A stretch of 64,000 bases of DNA from Vicinamibacteria bacterium (lineage in GTDB: Bacteria; Acidobacteriota; Vicinamibacteria; Marinacidobacterales; Marinacidobacteraceae). The stretch lies in contig CAXXLQ010000004.1 in NCBI GenBank assembly GCA_963668695.2, positions 832,001-896,000 of the forward strand, read 5' to 3'. The notes under the pieces were generated by a model. The model did not search any database. It saw only the letters and a list, made by a program, of their open reading frames with translations, and was not told the DNA's origin. This document shows positions 18,472-28,348 of the stretch, piece by piece (position 1 is the first letter of the stretch; each line of letters opens with the position of its first letter). The translations under genes and the position numbers were made by a program.

Positions 18472-20648
18472 TCCGTCCACTCCTCACCCTTCGGGGCGCG
18501 GCGGGAGTCGTGCTCCTTTCCGGACTCGTATTCGCCTCGGCGGCGGAAGCTCAAGACCGCGAAGCGCGGCCGGTGGCGCGGGCCGTGCGGATCGAGACGC
18601 CCCCGCAAGTGGACGGAGTGCTGGATGAACCGTTCTGGGCGGACATCCCGCCGGTCACGGGTTTCAAGCAGCGCGACCCGGTGGACGGCGCCCCGGCCAG
18701 CGAGCGGACCGAGGTGCGGATCGCCTTCGACGAGAACGCGCTCTATTTCGGGTTCACGTTCTTCGATTCGGAGCCCGACCGGATCCGCCGGGCCATCCTG
18801 GACCGGGGCGGCCGCATCGACAAGGACGACCGGGTCATCATCGGGCTCGACACCTACTTCGACCGCCGGAACGGCTACATCTTCGAGGTCGGCGCGCTCG
18901 GCACCCAGGACGACGCCCTTTTCTCCGACGAGAGCCTCGACCGGCCGGACTGGAACTGGGACGGCGTCTTCACCACCGAGACGACCGTGAACGAGGACGG
19001 CTGGGTGCTCGAGATGGAAATCCCGTTCACCACGATCCGCTTCGCCGACGTGGAAGAGCCGGTCATGGGGATCGCGTTCTCCCGCGCCATCCGGCGGAAG
19101 AACGAAATCGTCGTCTGGCCGCACATCGGCCAGGACTACAAGGGGGGAGTCGCCCAGGCTTCTCAATACGCGAGGCTCACGGGCCTGAAGGACGTGCGCC
19201 GGGGCCACCGCCTCGAAGTGAAGCCCTTCGCCAACCTCGGCACCCAGCGACTCGGGGGGCAGACCGGGTTCGCAGGCGAGTCCACGGCCGGCCTCGACCT
19301 GAAGTACGGCCTGACGTCCAACCTGACGCTGGATCTCACCTGGAACACCGACTTCGCCCAGGTGGAGACGGACAACGCCCAGATCAACCTGAGCCGATTC
19401 GACCTCTTCTTCCCGGAGAAACGCGAGTTCTTCCTGGAACGGGCCGGCCTCTTCGAGTTCGGAACGACCCAGGAGACCGAGGTCTTCTTCAGCCGGCGGA
19501 TCGGCCTCGAAGACGACATCCTGGGAGGCGGCAGGCTGACCGGCCAGGCCGGCCCCATCTCGGTCGGGGCGCTCGGGCTCCGCACCGAGAGCCGGATGCC
19601 CGAAGAAGAAGGCGGTGCGTGGAACTCGGTGGTGCGGCTCCAGGCGAATCTGCACGAACGCACCACCGTGGGAGCGATCGCCACCAGTCTCGACAGCGAG
19701 GGAGGAGCCAGCCGCACCGCCGGCGCGGACTTCGTCACCCGGTTCTGGAGCAGCTCCCAGTTCCGGATGTGGGGGGCCAGGGTGTGGGACTCGGAGGAAG
19801 CCGGAACGGACGAAGGAAGGTCCGCTGCCCGGGCCGAGCTGGAGCTGCAGAACGACCGCTACGCCTTCCGGGTGCGCCGCACGCACGTGGGCAAGGCCTT
19901 CGACCCGGCGCTCGGCTTCGTTCGCCGCCGAGACCAGGACCAGTGGTACGTCTGGGGCGCCTTCACGCCGCGCTTCGAGACGAGCGACTGGGCGCGCCGG
20001 TCCTGGCTCTGGCTGGGCGGGGAGCGTGTCCTCGGTACCGAAGGTGAGCTGCAATCGCGCCAGGCGGGCTCTCACGCGGGGCTCGAGTTCGAGTCCGGAG
20101 AGTCCGTGGAGTTCAACCTGGACAGCCGCTTCGAGCGGTTGCACGGGCCGGCATCGATCAGCGGGCGGGTGCTCTCGCCGGGCGACTACCAGTTCACTTC
20201 CTACGAACTGGGGGCCAAGACGAACGACAGTCGGATGTTCTCCGCTTTTCTCTACGGTTCCACCGGGAGTTTCTGGGGCGGCGATCGGAGCCGGGTGCGG
20301 ACCGGAGTCAGCCTCAAGACCGGTCCCCATCTCACCATCGGGACTCAGGTTTCGCGCAACGCAGTCTCCCTGCCGGTGCCCGATGGCGACTTCACCACCA
20401 CCCTCGTCGCGCTCGACGTTCAGGGCGCGGTCAGCCGCAAACTCTTCGCCGGCGCGCTCGTGCAGTGGGACAACCTCTCAAAGGAACTCCAGGCAAACAT
20501 CCGGGTGGACTGGATCCACACCCCGGGGAGCGACCTCTTCCTGGTCCTGGACACGGGCTACATCACCGACGACACCCTCGACCCGCGGCTCGATCCCTGG
20601 ACCCGCCGGACGGCGGTCGCCAAGCTGACCTGGCTGAAGGCGTTCTGA
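18468..20648 (+). CDS. CBM9-like/DUF5916 outer-membrane protein, copy 2
   Basis: Close paralogue of copy 1; start uncertain (CTG at 18468 overlaps the upstream stop as GTG does in copy 1). Confidence 0.88.
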   Translation: MIRPLLTLRGAAGVVLLSGLVFASAAEAQDREARPVARAVRIETPPQVDGVLDEPFWADIPPVTGFKQRDPVDGAPASERTEVRIAFDENALYFGFTFFDSEPDRIRRAILDRGGRIDKDDRVIIGLDTYFDRRNGYIFEVGALGTQDDALFSDESLDRPDWNWDGVFTTETTVNEDGWVLEMEIPFTTIRFADVEEPVMGIAFSRAIRRKNEIVVWPHIGQDYKGGVAQASQYARLTGLKDVRRGHRLEVKPFANLGTQRLGGQTGFAGESTAGLDLKYGLTSNLTLDLTWNTDFAQVETDNAQINLSRFDLFFPEKREFFLERAGLFEFGTTQETEVFFSRRIGLEDDILGGGRLTGQAGPISVGALGLRTESRMPEEEGGAWNSVVRLQANLHERTTVGAIATSLDSEGGASRTAGADFVTRFWSSSQFRMWGARVWDSEEAGTDEGRSAARAELELQNDRYAFRVRRTHVGKAFDPALGFVRRRDQDQWYVWGAFTPRFETSDWARRSWLWLGGERVLGTEGELQSRQAGSHAGLEFESGESVEFNLDSRFERLHGPASISGRVLSPGDYQFTSYELGAKTNDSRMFSAFLYGSTGSFWGGDRSRVRTGVSLKTGPHLTIGTQVSRNAVSLPVPDGDFTTTLVALDVQGAVSRKLFAGALVQWDNLSKELQANIRVDWIHTPGSDLFLVLDTGYITDDTLDPRLDPWTRRTAVAKLTWLKAF

Positions 20649-20791
20649 GCCACGCGCCGTGGCGCGAAGGTCAGGGACCGCCGGCCAGTTCTCCCGGTGG
20701 GGGCTTCACACCGGCATCGCCCGCCGGAGGCGGGCGAAACGCGGGATGCTCACCACTCCAATGTCGCCTCCCGCGAAGGCGGTGAGAGAGA

Positions 20792-21037
20792 TCAGGGCAC
20801 CTCGTTCATCAAGTCGAGCAGCGCGGCCGATGCATCCAGATCGACTCCTGGGCGAAGTCCCCGACCCCCGACCGTCTTCGGCCGAACACGCGCTCGCGGT
20901 CCGGCCGTGCCCGCCGTGCGCGCGAGCCGTTCGCGCAGCGCCTCCTCGATGAACTCGGTGAGCGTCATGCCCGATCGGACGGCTTCCTGCTTCGCCTCCC
21001 GAAGCAGGGCGTCATCAAGCGGGATCGTCGTTCGCAT
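20792..21037 (-). CDS. VapB/CopG-like antitoxin, no cognate toxin downstream
   Basis: MRTTIPLDDALLREAK...TLTEFIEEALR...GLRPGVDLD. Confidence 0.85.
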   Translation of the reverse strand: MRTTIPLDDALLREAKQEAVRSGMTLTEFIEEALRERLARTAGTAGPRARVRPKTVGGRGLRPGVDLDASAALLDLMNEVP

Positions 21038-21116
21038 ACCGCCCAAACCTCTGTCTCTGTGGTCCGGAATTCGACATCGTTCGACGGCGCTTCCGTGCCC
21101 CGGGGCGACCGGAAAT

Positions 21117-21137
21117 CAGTGCGTATAATACACACTG
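21117..21137 (+). promoter_or_regulatory. hicAB -10 box inside an inverted-repeat operator
   Basis: CAGTGCGTAT-A-ATACACACTG containing TATAAT (21124-21129), just upstream of the TTG start. Confidence 0.65.
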
Positions 21138-21321
21138 TTGAGCAGTGCCGAAGTGATCCGGAGACTCAAGCGAAACGGTCCGCAACACGCGCGGCAGCCA
21201 TCATCACTTTGTTCACCCTGATAACTGTGGAAGGGTCACGGTCCCGCATCCCGTCAAGCGAATTCCGACCGGCACCCTCCCGAGCATCTTCCGTCAAGCC
21301 AGGTGGCAATGGAGACCCTGA
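21138..21321 (+). pseudogene. hicA: HicA toxin with frameshifting deletion
   Basis: MSSAEVIRRLKRNG, then another frame RNTRGSHHHFVHP...VTVPHP...PTGTLPSIFRQA; the GW segment is lost. Confidence 0.85.
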
Positions 21322-21728
21322 TGCAACTTCCCATCGTGATCCACAAGGACGAAGACAGCGACTACGGCGTGACCGTGCCGGATCTGCCCGGGTGCTTTTC
21401 CGGTGGCGAGACCCTGGTGGAAGCCATTCAGGCGGCCGGCGAGGCGGTGCTGTCCCATATCGAAGGACTGCTCCTGGCCGGCGAACCGATTCCGGAGGCG
21501 AAGCCGCTCGAAGAACACCGGGCGGCCCCGGAATACCAGGATGGACTCTGGGCGCTGGTTACGGTGGACCTTTCCCGGCTTTCGAGCAAAGCCCGACGGA
21601 TCAACATCACGGTGCCCGCCCGCGTGTTGGCCATCATCGACGAGGCGGCCGCCCGCCAGGGGGAAACACGGTCCGGATTCCTCACTCGGGCTGCGCTCCG
21701 GTATATCGAGCAGGAAGTGAATGCCTGA
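21321..21728 (+). CDS. hicB: HicB antitoxin
   Basis: DSDYGVTVPDLPGCFSGGET...RINITVP...ID...TRSGFL. Confidence 0.93.
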   Translation: MQLPIVIHKDEDSDYGVTVPDLPGCFSGGETLVEAIQAAGEAVLSHIEGLLLAGEPIPEAKPLEEHRAAPEYQDGLWALVTVDLSRLSSKARRINITVPARVLAIIDEAAARQGETRSGFLTRAALRYIEQEVNA

Positions 21729-21754
21729 CGTCCCCCTCGCCGCGCGCCCACCCG

Positions 21755-21914
21755 CCAGGCGAACATCCGGGTGGACTGGTTCCACACCCCGGGGAGCGAC
21801 CTCTTCCTGGTGATCGACACGGGCTACGTCACCGGCGACATCCTCGACCCGCGGCTCGATCCCTCGACCCGCCGGACCGCGGTCGCCAAGCTGGCCTGGC
21901 TCAAGGCTTTCTGA
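21755..21914 (+). repeat. Diverged copy of the DUF5916 gene 3' end
   Basis: QANIRVDWFHTPGSDLFLVIDTGY...RRTAVAKLAWLKAF* matches 20489..20647. Confidence 0.92.
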
Positions 21915-21946
21915 TTGAATTACGGGTCCCGCCCGGAGGTCCACCC

Positions 21947-22483
21947 ATGTCCCATTCCCCTCGCACGCTCGCTTCCCGCCTCTCTGCCGTCGCAGGGCTC
22001 GCTCTTTTGCTCGGCTCGGTGGCGCCTCCCGCGACCGCGGGTCCCGGCGATGTCGCCGACGTCGCGTCGCTGCAGGCCACCTTCGAGACTGCGGTGACAG
22101 CGCTCAACTCGGGCGACCTGGGGGGCTTTCTGGACACCGTCCACGAGGAAGCGCTCTCCTTCTACGCCTGCGGGCCCACCTCCGGGAAGCAGGGCCGGGA
22201 AGCGTGCGCCATCGACTGGAACCTCTTCTTCAACAACGCGACGGGCGCCGAGTTCCGGACGAGCAACGAGCAGTACCGGGTCATCGGCGGCACCGGGATC
22301 GCCTACGGCGAATACGCGCTCTCCGTCCTCTACGACGGGAAGGAGCGGATGACGGTCCATGAGGGCCGCTACACGATGACCTACATCCGCTCCGGCGACC
22401 GCTGGCAGATCATCATGCAGCACAACACCCCGGCCGGCGACGATCCGCAGCCGGTGAAGAACCTGCGCCCGCCGGGCCGTTAA
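21947..22483 (+). CDS. Secreted SnoaL/NTF2-like (DUF4440-type) protein
   Basis: Signal peptide; GREA, GRYTMTY...WQIIMQHNT; GGAGG RBS. Confidence 0.8.
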   Translation: MSHSPRTLASRLSAVAGLALLLGSVAPPATAGPGDVADVASLQATFETAVTALNSGDLGGFLDTVHEEALSFYACGPTSGKQGREACAIDWNLFFNNATGAEFRTSNEQYRVIGGTGIAYGEYALSVLYDGKERMTVHEGRYTMTYIRSGDRWQIIMQHNTPAGDDPQPVKNLRPPGR

Positions 22484-22720
22484 CAGCCTGTGGATAAAGT
22501 GGTGTGAGCGCCGAGAACGGCCAGTCCTCCCGGTGGGGGCGAGGCGCCCGGCTGACAAGGCGCGCGAGGGAGGAGCCCCCACCGGGAGAACTGGCCCGAG
22601 TGTATTTCGACCGAAGCGCAACGATGAGCGACGCGAAGCGGAGTGTTTCAGCCGGGATGCATCGCCGGTCGAGCCCCCACCGGGAGAACTGGGCCGCATG
22701 ACTTTGTCCACAGGCTGTTG
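22481..22720 (+). mobile_element. MITE (subfamily I) with three 19-nt inserts, at a TAA stop
   Basis: TAACAGCCTGTGGATAAAGT...ACTTTGTCCACAGGCTGTTG. Confidence 0.9.
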
Positions 22721-22843
22721 AGCGCCCACCGCGGCCCCCGGTTCCTCGAGGAAATCTGCAGCGCGCGCCGGGCCGAGTCCCTCCAGATAGCCCTCCAGTT
22801 CCTCCCGGCTCAAGCCGGAATCCGGCGCGCAGTCCGGGATCAA
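22721..22843 (-). repeat. Diverged copy of the 3' end of gene 24238..24621
   Basis: APDSGLSREELEGYLEGLGPARAADFLEE versus APDSGWSREDLEGYLEGLGPARAADFLEE. Confidence 0.9.
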
Positions 22844-22866
22844 CTACGTTAGTCGACAATGTCTGC

Positions 22867-22953
22867 AAATCACAAAAACCGTGAAGTTGAGCATTTATAC
22901 TATACTTGCCGTGCATCGCTTATGATGCTCTGAATTCGCTTTTTCCGTGATTT
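22867..22953 (+). promoter_or_regulatory. AT-rich abiE promoter with nested inverted repeats
   Basis: aaatcacaaaaa...gagcat / atgctc...tttttccgtgattt around TATACT; AbiEi proteins are known to autorepress at inverted repeats. Confidence 0.5.
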
Positions 22954-22960
22954 ATAGGCA

Positions 22961-23773
22961 ATGCGACATACCACCACTGCACTGGACCCCGTAGTCCCCG
23001 GCCCGCGCCGCCGCCTCGTCGCCGTTCTACGCGAGGCCGGCGACGTCGTTCGCATCGACGACGTCGTGAAGGCGCTTGATATCTCCCGTGCGGACGCCGC
23101 CAAACTGCTCTCGCGGTGGGTGAAGCAGGCGTGGCTCCGGCGGGTCGGTCGCGGCGCCTACCTTCCGGCCTCACTCACCACGCTCGGCAACGTCCACGTT
23201 TTGGACGATCCGTGGATCCTGGTGCCGGCACTGTTCGATCCTGCCTACATCGGCGGTCGCACCGCCGCCGAGCACTGGGATCTCACCAAGCAGATCTTCC
23301 GGGACATTGTGGTCATGACGACGCAGACCGTCCGGGCGAAAACGCAGCATCGGCACGGCGCCATTTTGAGCCTCACCCACATCAGCCCGCAGAAAATCTT
23401 CGGCACCACGACCGTGTGGCGCGGCAGGAGCAGGATCGCCGTCTCCGACGTTCACCGGACCATTGTGGACATCGTGGCGGATCCGGCACTCGGTGGGGGA
23501 ATCCAACAGGTAGCGGATTGCCTGTCGGTGTATCTGAAGTCGAGCGCCCGTAACGACGACCTCCTTCTCGACTACGCGGCACGGCTCGGGAACGGTGCGA
23601 TCTTCAAGCGGCTGGGCTTTCTGGCCGAACGCGATCCGGCGGGTTCGGCGCTCGTAACACCCTGTCGAGAGCGGCTCACGATGGGGTACGCCCGGCTCGA
23701 CTCCGCACTCGAAACTCCACGCCTCATCACTCGGTGGCGGCTGTGGGTCCCTAGCAGCCTGTGGATAAAGTGA
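22961..23773 (+). CDS. Type IV TA AbiEi-family antitoxin/regulator; last codons replaced by a MITE
   Basis: N-terminal wHTH (KLLSRWVKQAWLRRVGRGAY), YIGGRTAAEHWDLT, SDVHRTIVD, GNGAIFKRLGFL; the native tail KSWTRGTDP* lies beyond the MITE, ending at 24091. Confidence 0.88.
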   Translation: MRHTTTALDPVVPGPRRRLVAVLREAGDVVRIDDVVKALDISRADAAKLLSRWVKQAWLRRVGRGAYLPASLTTLGNVHVLDDPWILVPALFDPAYIGGRTAAEHWDLTKQIFRDIVVMTTQTVRAKTQHRHGAILSLTHISPQKIFGTTTVWRGRSRIAVSDVHRTIVDIVADPALGGGIQQVADCLSVYLKSSARNDDLLLDYAARLGNGAIFKRLGFLAERDPAGSALVTPCRERLTMGYARLDSALETPRLITRWRLWVPSSLWIK

Positions 23774-24062
23774 CGTGAGCACCGAGGCCGGTGAGGCGCC
23801 CGGCTGACAAGGCGCGCGAGGGAGGAGCCCCCACCGGGAGAACTGGCCCGAGTGTATTTCGACCGATGTGCAACGCAGAGCGTCGCGAAGCGCCAGTTCT
23901 CCCGGTGGGGGGGCGGTTCAGCCGGGATGCATCGCCGGTCGCTTCCGGAGCGGGGCGCCAGCACCGCGGAGACCCCGGAGCGGAAGGGACGGGGGGCGGG
24001 GCTACCCGACCCCCATCCCTTCCGGCTCGGGAATGCCGCGTGACTTTGTCCACGGGCTGCTA
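23752..24062 (+). mobile_element. MITE in the abiEi 3' end, with two 19-nt inserts and a ~90-nt hairpin insert
   Basis: cccTA[GCAGCCTG...GGGCTGC]TAagagc; removing the element and one TA restores V-P-K-S-W. Confidence 0.92.
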
Positions 24063-24087
24063 AGAGCTGGACTCGCGGGACGGACCC

Positions 24088-24140
24088 ATGATCGACCGCC
24101 GCGAGATCCTGGACAGCGCGACCACGGCATCGCTGTCGCA
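24088..24140 (+). pseudogene. N-terminal remnant of the AbiEii-type toxin
   Basis: MIDRREILDSATTASL begins with an ATGA overlap on the native abiEi stop; the rest is absent. Confidence 0.6.
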
Positions 24141-24237
24141 GGCCACGTTCTGCAGCACCACGCCGCTTTCGCCCGCCTCCGGCGGGCGATGCCGACCTGG
24201 AGGTCGGCGGTCCCTGGCCAGCTCGACGTGACGCTGG

Positions 24238-24621
24238 TCAGACCTGGGTGATCGCCGTCGCCAGTTCTTCCAGAAAGTCCGCAGCGCGCGCCGGGCCGAG
24301 TCCCTCCAGATAGCCCTCCAGGTCCTCGCGGCTCCACCCCGAGTCCGGGGCGTGGTCCGCGACCATCTCCGCGGCCAGGCTGATGAGCGGGGCCGCCGCC
24401 GACCGGGCGCCGTCGGTCAGGCGCAGGGCCACCTGAATCCCTCCGACCAGCGGGTGGTCCTGCGAGAAACCGCTGATCTCCTCGCTGAGCCGGTGAAGCT
24501 CTTCTGCGAGTTCGGGTGCCTCCGGCAGAACGGACAGGCTCCGGGAAAGCGCGTCGAAGACGTCCCCGAAACGGCGGCGGGCCTTCACGGTCGCGCGGTG
24601 GCCGTCGAGAGGTCGAGTCAC
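24238..24621 (-). CDS. Hypothetical alpha-helical protein
   Basis: Clean 127-aa ORF; its 3' end is conserved at protein level in the duplicate at 22721..22843. Confidence 0.75.
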   Translation of the reverse strand: MTRPLDGHRATVKARRRFGDVFDALSRSLSVLPEAPELAEELHRLSEEISGFSQDHPLVGGIQVALRLTDGARSAAAPLISLAAEMVADHAPDSGWSREDLEGYLEGLGPARAADFLEELATAITQV

Positions 24622-24711
24622 GGACGATCAGTCTAGGGCAGCCGCAGGCTTCCACCTGACATCTGTAACGGACACTCGTGCGGTATCGTCGCGCGCGGCG
24701 ACGCGGCACAC

Positions 24712-24915
24712 TCAGCAGCCGGTGAACAAAGTCACGCGGTATTCGCCCGGCGATGCATCCCGGCTGAAACGCGCTGCTTCGCATCGCTCATCGTTGCGCT
24801 TCGGTCGAAATACACTCGGGCCAGTTCTCCCGGTGGGGGCTCCTCCCTCGCGCGCCTTGTCAGCCGGGCGCCTCACCGGCCTCGGTACTCACGTCACTTT
24901 ATCCACAGGCTGCTA
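24712..24915 (-). mobile_element. MITE (subfamily I), reverse orientation, one 19-nt insert
   Basis: CAGCAGCCGGTGAACAAAGT...ACTTTATCCACAGGCTGCTA. Confidence 0.9.
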
Positions 24916-24926
24916 AGGAGGGGCTC

Positions 24927-26036
24927 GTGACACCGGACGATTCACCCTACGTGGAGTTCGAGGGGGTCACGAAGACCTACGACGGGGTCACGCCGGTCGT
25001 GGACGGGCTCGACCTCCAGGTCCGGAAGGGCGAGTTCCTGACCCTGCTCGGACCCTCGGGGTCCGGCAAGACCACCTGCCTGATGATGCTGGCCGGGTTC
25101 GAAGCGCCAACCTCCGGCGCCATCCGGATCCGGGGCCGCCCGATCGGCGATCTGCCGCCGCGGAAGCGCGGCATCGGGATGGTGTTCCAGAACTACGCCC
25201 TCTTCCCGCACCTGACGGTGGGGCAGAACCTGTCCTTCCCTCTCGAAGTACGCGGGGTGGACCCGGAGGTCCGCCGCCAGCGGGTGGCGCGCGCCCTTGC
25301 CCTGGTTCGCCTCGAGGGGTACGAGAACCGCAAGACCACCCAGCTCTCCGGGGGTCAGCAGCAGCGGGTGGCCATCGCCCGCGCCCTCGTCTTCGAGCCG
25401 AACCTCGTGCTCATGGACGAGCCGCTCGGCGCCCTCGACCGGCGGCTCCGCGAGGAAATGCAGTACGAAATCCGGCGCATCCAGCGCACCCTCGGGATCA
25501 CCTGCATCTACGTCACCCACGACCAGCAGGAGGCGATGGTGCTCTCGGACCGGGTGGCGGTGTTCCACGACGGCCGCCTGCAGCAGATCGCCAGCCCGGA
25601 GGGGCTCTACGAGGAACCGATGCGGAACTTCGTGGCGCGCTTCATCGGCGAGAACAACCGCCTCTCCGGGCGGATTGAGAGCATCGACGGTGCGGTCTGC
25701 GAAGTCCGGGTAGGAGACGCGCTGATCCAGGCCCTCCGGGTGATTCCCGCCGAAGTGGGGGAGTACACCACCCTGTCCATCCGTCCCGAACGGGTGGGGC
25801 TGGCGCCCGAACCCGGGCTCTACCACAACGAGTTCGAAGCCCGGATACAGGACATCACCTTCCTCGGGGATCACCTGCGAGTCGTGCTCAGCCTGCTCGG
25901 AACGGACGACTTCATCGTAAAGATCCCGAACATCGTGGGCCACGGGGCGGTGATCCCCGGCGACCGGATCCGCGTCGGCTGGACGCCCACCGACTGCCGC
26001 GCGCTCGATCACGAGCCCGAGTCTTCCGAACCATGA
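24927..26036 (+). CDS. potA: Polyamine-type ABC transporter ATPase
   Basis: GPSGSGKTT, LSGGQQQRVA, LMDEP, VTHDQ; TOBE tail. Confidence 0.9.
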   Translation: MTPDDSPYVEFEGVTKTYDGVTPVVDGLDLQVRKGEFLTLLGPSGSGKTTCLMMLAGFEAPTSGAIRIRGRPIGDLPPRKRGIGMVFQNYALFPHLTVGQNLSFPLEVRGVDPEVRRQRVARALALVRLEGYENRKTTQLSGGQQQRVAIARALVFEPNLVLMDEPLGALDRRLREEMQYEIRRIQRTLGITCIYVTHDQQEAMVLSDRVAVFHDGRLQQIASPEGLYEEPMRNFVARFIGENNRLSGRIESIDGAVCEVRVGDALIQALRVIPAEVGEYTTLSIRPERVGLAPEPGLYHNEFEARIQDITFLGDHLRVVLSLLGTDDFIVKIPNIVGHGAVIPGDRIRVGWTPTDCRALDHEPESSEP

Positions 26037-27136
26037 GCGGCCGGAAGCCGCGCCGATGGCTGGCGGCCGCCTGCGCGACCGTGGCGCTGGCGGCGGGAGG
26101 GTGCGGCGGGGATCCCTCATCCGGGTCCCTGACCGTCGTCTCCTGGGGCGGGGCCTACGCGCGGGCCGTCACCAAGGCGCACTACGAACCGTTCGAAGCC
26201 GCCACCGGGATGACTCTCGGCCGGGAGGACTACAACGGCGGGCTCGCCGAGATCCGCACCCAGGTGGATACCGGGAACGTCCACTGGGACGTCGTGGACC
26301 TCGAGATGTTCGACGCCGTCCGCGGATGCGACGAGGGGCTCCTCGAGCTGATTCCGGATGACCTGACGGCGCCCGGCGCCGACGGCTCCCCCGCCGCCGA
26401 GGACTTCCGGCCCGAAACACTCACCGACTGCGGGGTCGGCACGGCCTTCTATTCCACGGTCGTCGCCTACCACCCGGACCGCTTCTCCGGCGAGAAGCCG
26501 GCGACGATCGGGGACTTCTTCGATCTGGAACGGTTTCCGGGACGCCGCGGCATGCGCCGCAGCCCCCTCGTGAACCTGGAGTTCGCGCTGATGGCCGACG
26601 GGGTCGCGACGGACGAGGTGTACGCCGTGCTCGACACCGATGAAGGCATGAACCGGGCGCTCAGGAAGCTGGACACGATCAAGGACGAAGTCGTCTGGTG
26701 GGAGGCCGGCGCCCAGCCGCCGCAAATGCTGGCCGACGCCGAGGTGGTGATGTCCACTGCCTACAACGGGCGGATCTTCAACGCCCAGGTCCTCGAGGAC
26801 CAGCCATTCGTCATCATCTGGGACGGACAGGTGCTCGAGATCGGCCAGACCGGAATCGTCGCCGGGACCCCCAACCTGACGGAGGCGCTCGCGTTCCTCC
26901 GGTTCTCGACGTCGGCGGAGTCCATGGCAAAGCTCACCGGGGAGATCGCCTACAGCCCCACCCGGCGGTCGGCGCAACCGCTCGTAACCACCCACCGCGA
27001 AACCGGGGTCCCGATGCTGCCCCATCTGCCCACCAGCCCGCAGAACGTCGGACGGGTCCTGACGAGCGACACGCTCTGGTGGAGCGACAACCTCGACGAG
27101 GTGAACGAGCGCTTCAGCGCCTGGCTGGCGCGATGA
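26033..27136 (+). CDS. PotD/PotF-like substrate-binding lipoprotein
   Basis: AGGC lipobox; LTVVSWGG, WDVVD, LEFALMADGV, AYNGR. Confidence 0.9.
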   Translation: MSGRKPRRWLAAACATVALAAGGCGGDPSSGSLTVVSWGGAYARAVTKAHYEPFEAATGMTLGREDYNGGLAEIRTQVDTGNVHWDVVDLEMFDAVRGCDEGLLELIPDDLTAPGADGSPAAEDFRPETLTDCGVGTAFYSTVVAYHPDRFSGEKPATIGDFFDLERFPGRRGMRRSPLVNLEFALMADGVATDEVYAVLDTDEGMNRALRKLDTIKDEVVWWEAGAQPPQMLADAEVVMSTAYNGRIFNAQVLEDQPFVIIWDGQVLEIGQTGIVAGTPNLTEALAFLRFSTSAESMAKLTGEIAYSPTRRSAQPLVTTHRETGVPMLPHLPTSPQNVGRVLTSDTLWWSDNLDEVNERFSAWLAR

Positions 27137-28344
27137 CGGGAAAACCGGGAGTGGCGCCGCCGGCGCGAGCCCGGCTGCGGGCGGCGGGACTCGCCCTGCC
27201 GCTCGTCGCCTTCGTGGGCATCTCCTTCCTCTTCCCGCTCGGGACGATGCTCGCCCGCAGCGTCCATGACCCGGTGGTCGCCGACGCCCTCCCGGAAACA
27301 CTCGCTCTCCTCGAGGAATGGGACGGGGAGACCCTGCCCGGGGAACCGGTGTTCGCGACCGCCGCCCGGGAACTCGAAAGCGCGCTCGAAGGCCGGATGG
27401 CGGGCAGGCTGGGCGGACGGGTGAACCGGGTCGCGAGCGGGATGCGGAGCGTGATCATGCGCGGCGCCCGGGCAGCGGCGGAGGCGCCGGCAGCCACCTC
27501 TCGGGACACCCTCATCGGCGGGCACCCGGCGTGGGGCGAGCCGGCGACCTGGCGGGCCGTACGCACCGCCGGCGAGCGCTTCACCCTCCGCCACTACCTG
27601 CGGGCCCTCGATCTCGGGCGGGGTCCCGACGGGAGCATCGTCCGGCAACCGGAGGAACTCCGCATCTACGTCCCGTTGCTCCTCCGGACGCTGATGGTCA
27701 GCGGCGCGGTCACCCTGCTCTGCCTGCTGCTCGGCTACCCGATCGCCCATCTCATCGCGAGCTCCCCGCCGCGGCGCGCCCGCTGGCTGCTGCTCCTGGT
27801 GCTGGTGCCGTTTTGGACCTCGCTGCTGATCCGCACCACCGCCTGGATCGTCCTGCTCCAGACCCACGGGGTCCTGAACAGCCTGTTGGTGGCCCTCGGC
27901 CTGGTCGCCGACGACGGCCGGATCGCGATGATCTACAACATGACCGGCACGCTGGTCGCGATGACCCACGTGCTGCTGCCGTTCATGGTGTTGCCGCTCT
28001 ATTCGGTGATGCGCACCATCCCGCCGCACTTCCTGCGGGCGGCCACCTCGCTCGGCGCGAACCGCCGTCAGGCTTTCTTCCGTGTCTACTGGCCGCTCAC
28101 CCTGCCCGGCACCGCGGCGGGCGCCTTGCTGGTGTTCATCCTGTCGATCGGCTACTACATCACCCCGGCGCTCGTGGGCGGGGCGAGCGGCCAGTTGTTC
28201 TCCAACATGATCGCCTTCCACATGCAGACCTCCCTCAACTGGGGGCTCGCCGCGGCGCTCGGCGGCATCCTGTTCGTGGTGGTGGGCGCGCTCTACGTGG
28301 TCTACGACCGGCTGGTGGGCGCCTCCAGCCTGCGGCTCGGGTAG
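27133..28344 (+). CDS. PotB-like ABC permease
   Basis: LLGYPIA, PFWTSLLIRT, HVLLPFMVLPLY, AATSLGA, ITPALVGG. Confidence 0.9.
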   Translation: MTGKPGVAPPARARLRAAGLALPLVAFVGISFLFPLGTMLARSVHDPVVADALPETLALLEEWDGETLPGEPVFATAARELESALEGRMAGRLGGRVNRVASGMRSVIMRGARAAAEAPAATSRDTLIGGHPAWGEPATWRAVRTAGERFTLRHYLRALDLGRGPDGSIVRQPEELRIYVPLLLRTLMVSGAVTLLCLLLGYPIAHLIASSPPRRARWLLLLVLVPFWTSLLIRTTAWIVLLQTHGVLNSLLVALGLVADDGRIAMIYNMTGTLVAMTHVLLPFMVLPLYSVMRTIPPHFLRAATSLGANRRQAFFRVYWPLTLPGTAAGALLVFILSIGYYITPALVGGASGQLFSNMIAFHMQTSLNWGLAAALGGILFVVVGALYVVYDRLVGASSLRLG

Positions 28345-28348
28345 CGAA

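Noticed and set aside
20489-21914. DGR template/variable repeat pair (also considered for the hutI and 24238 duplications)
   Set aside because: Mismatches involve G, C and T as well as A, many are synonymous, and there is no reverse transcriptase.
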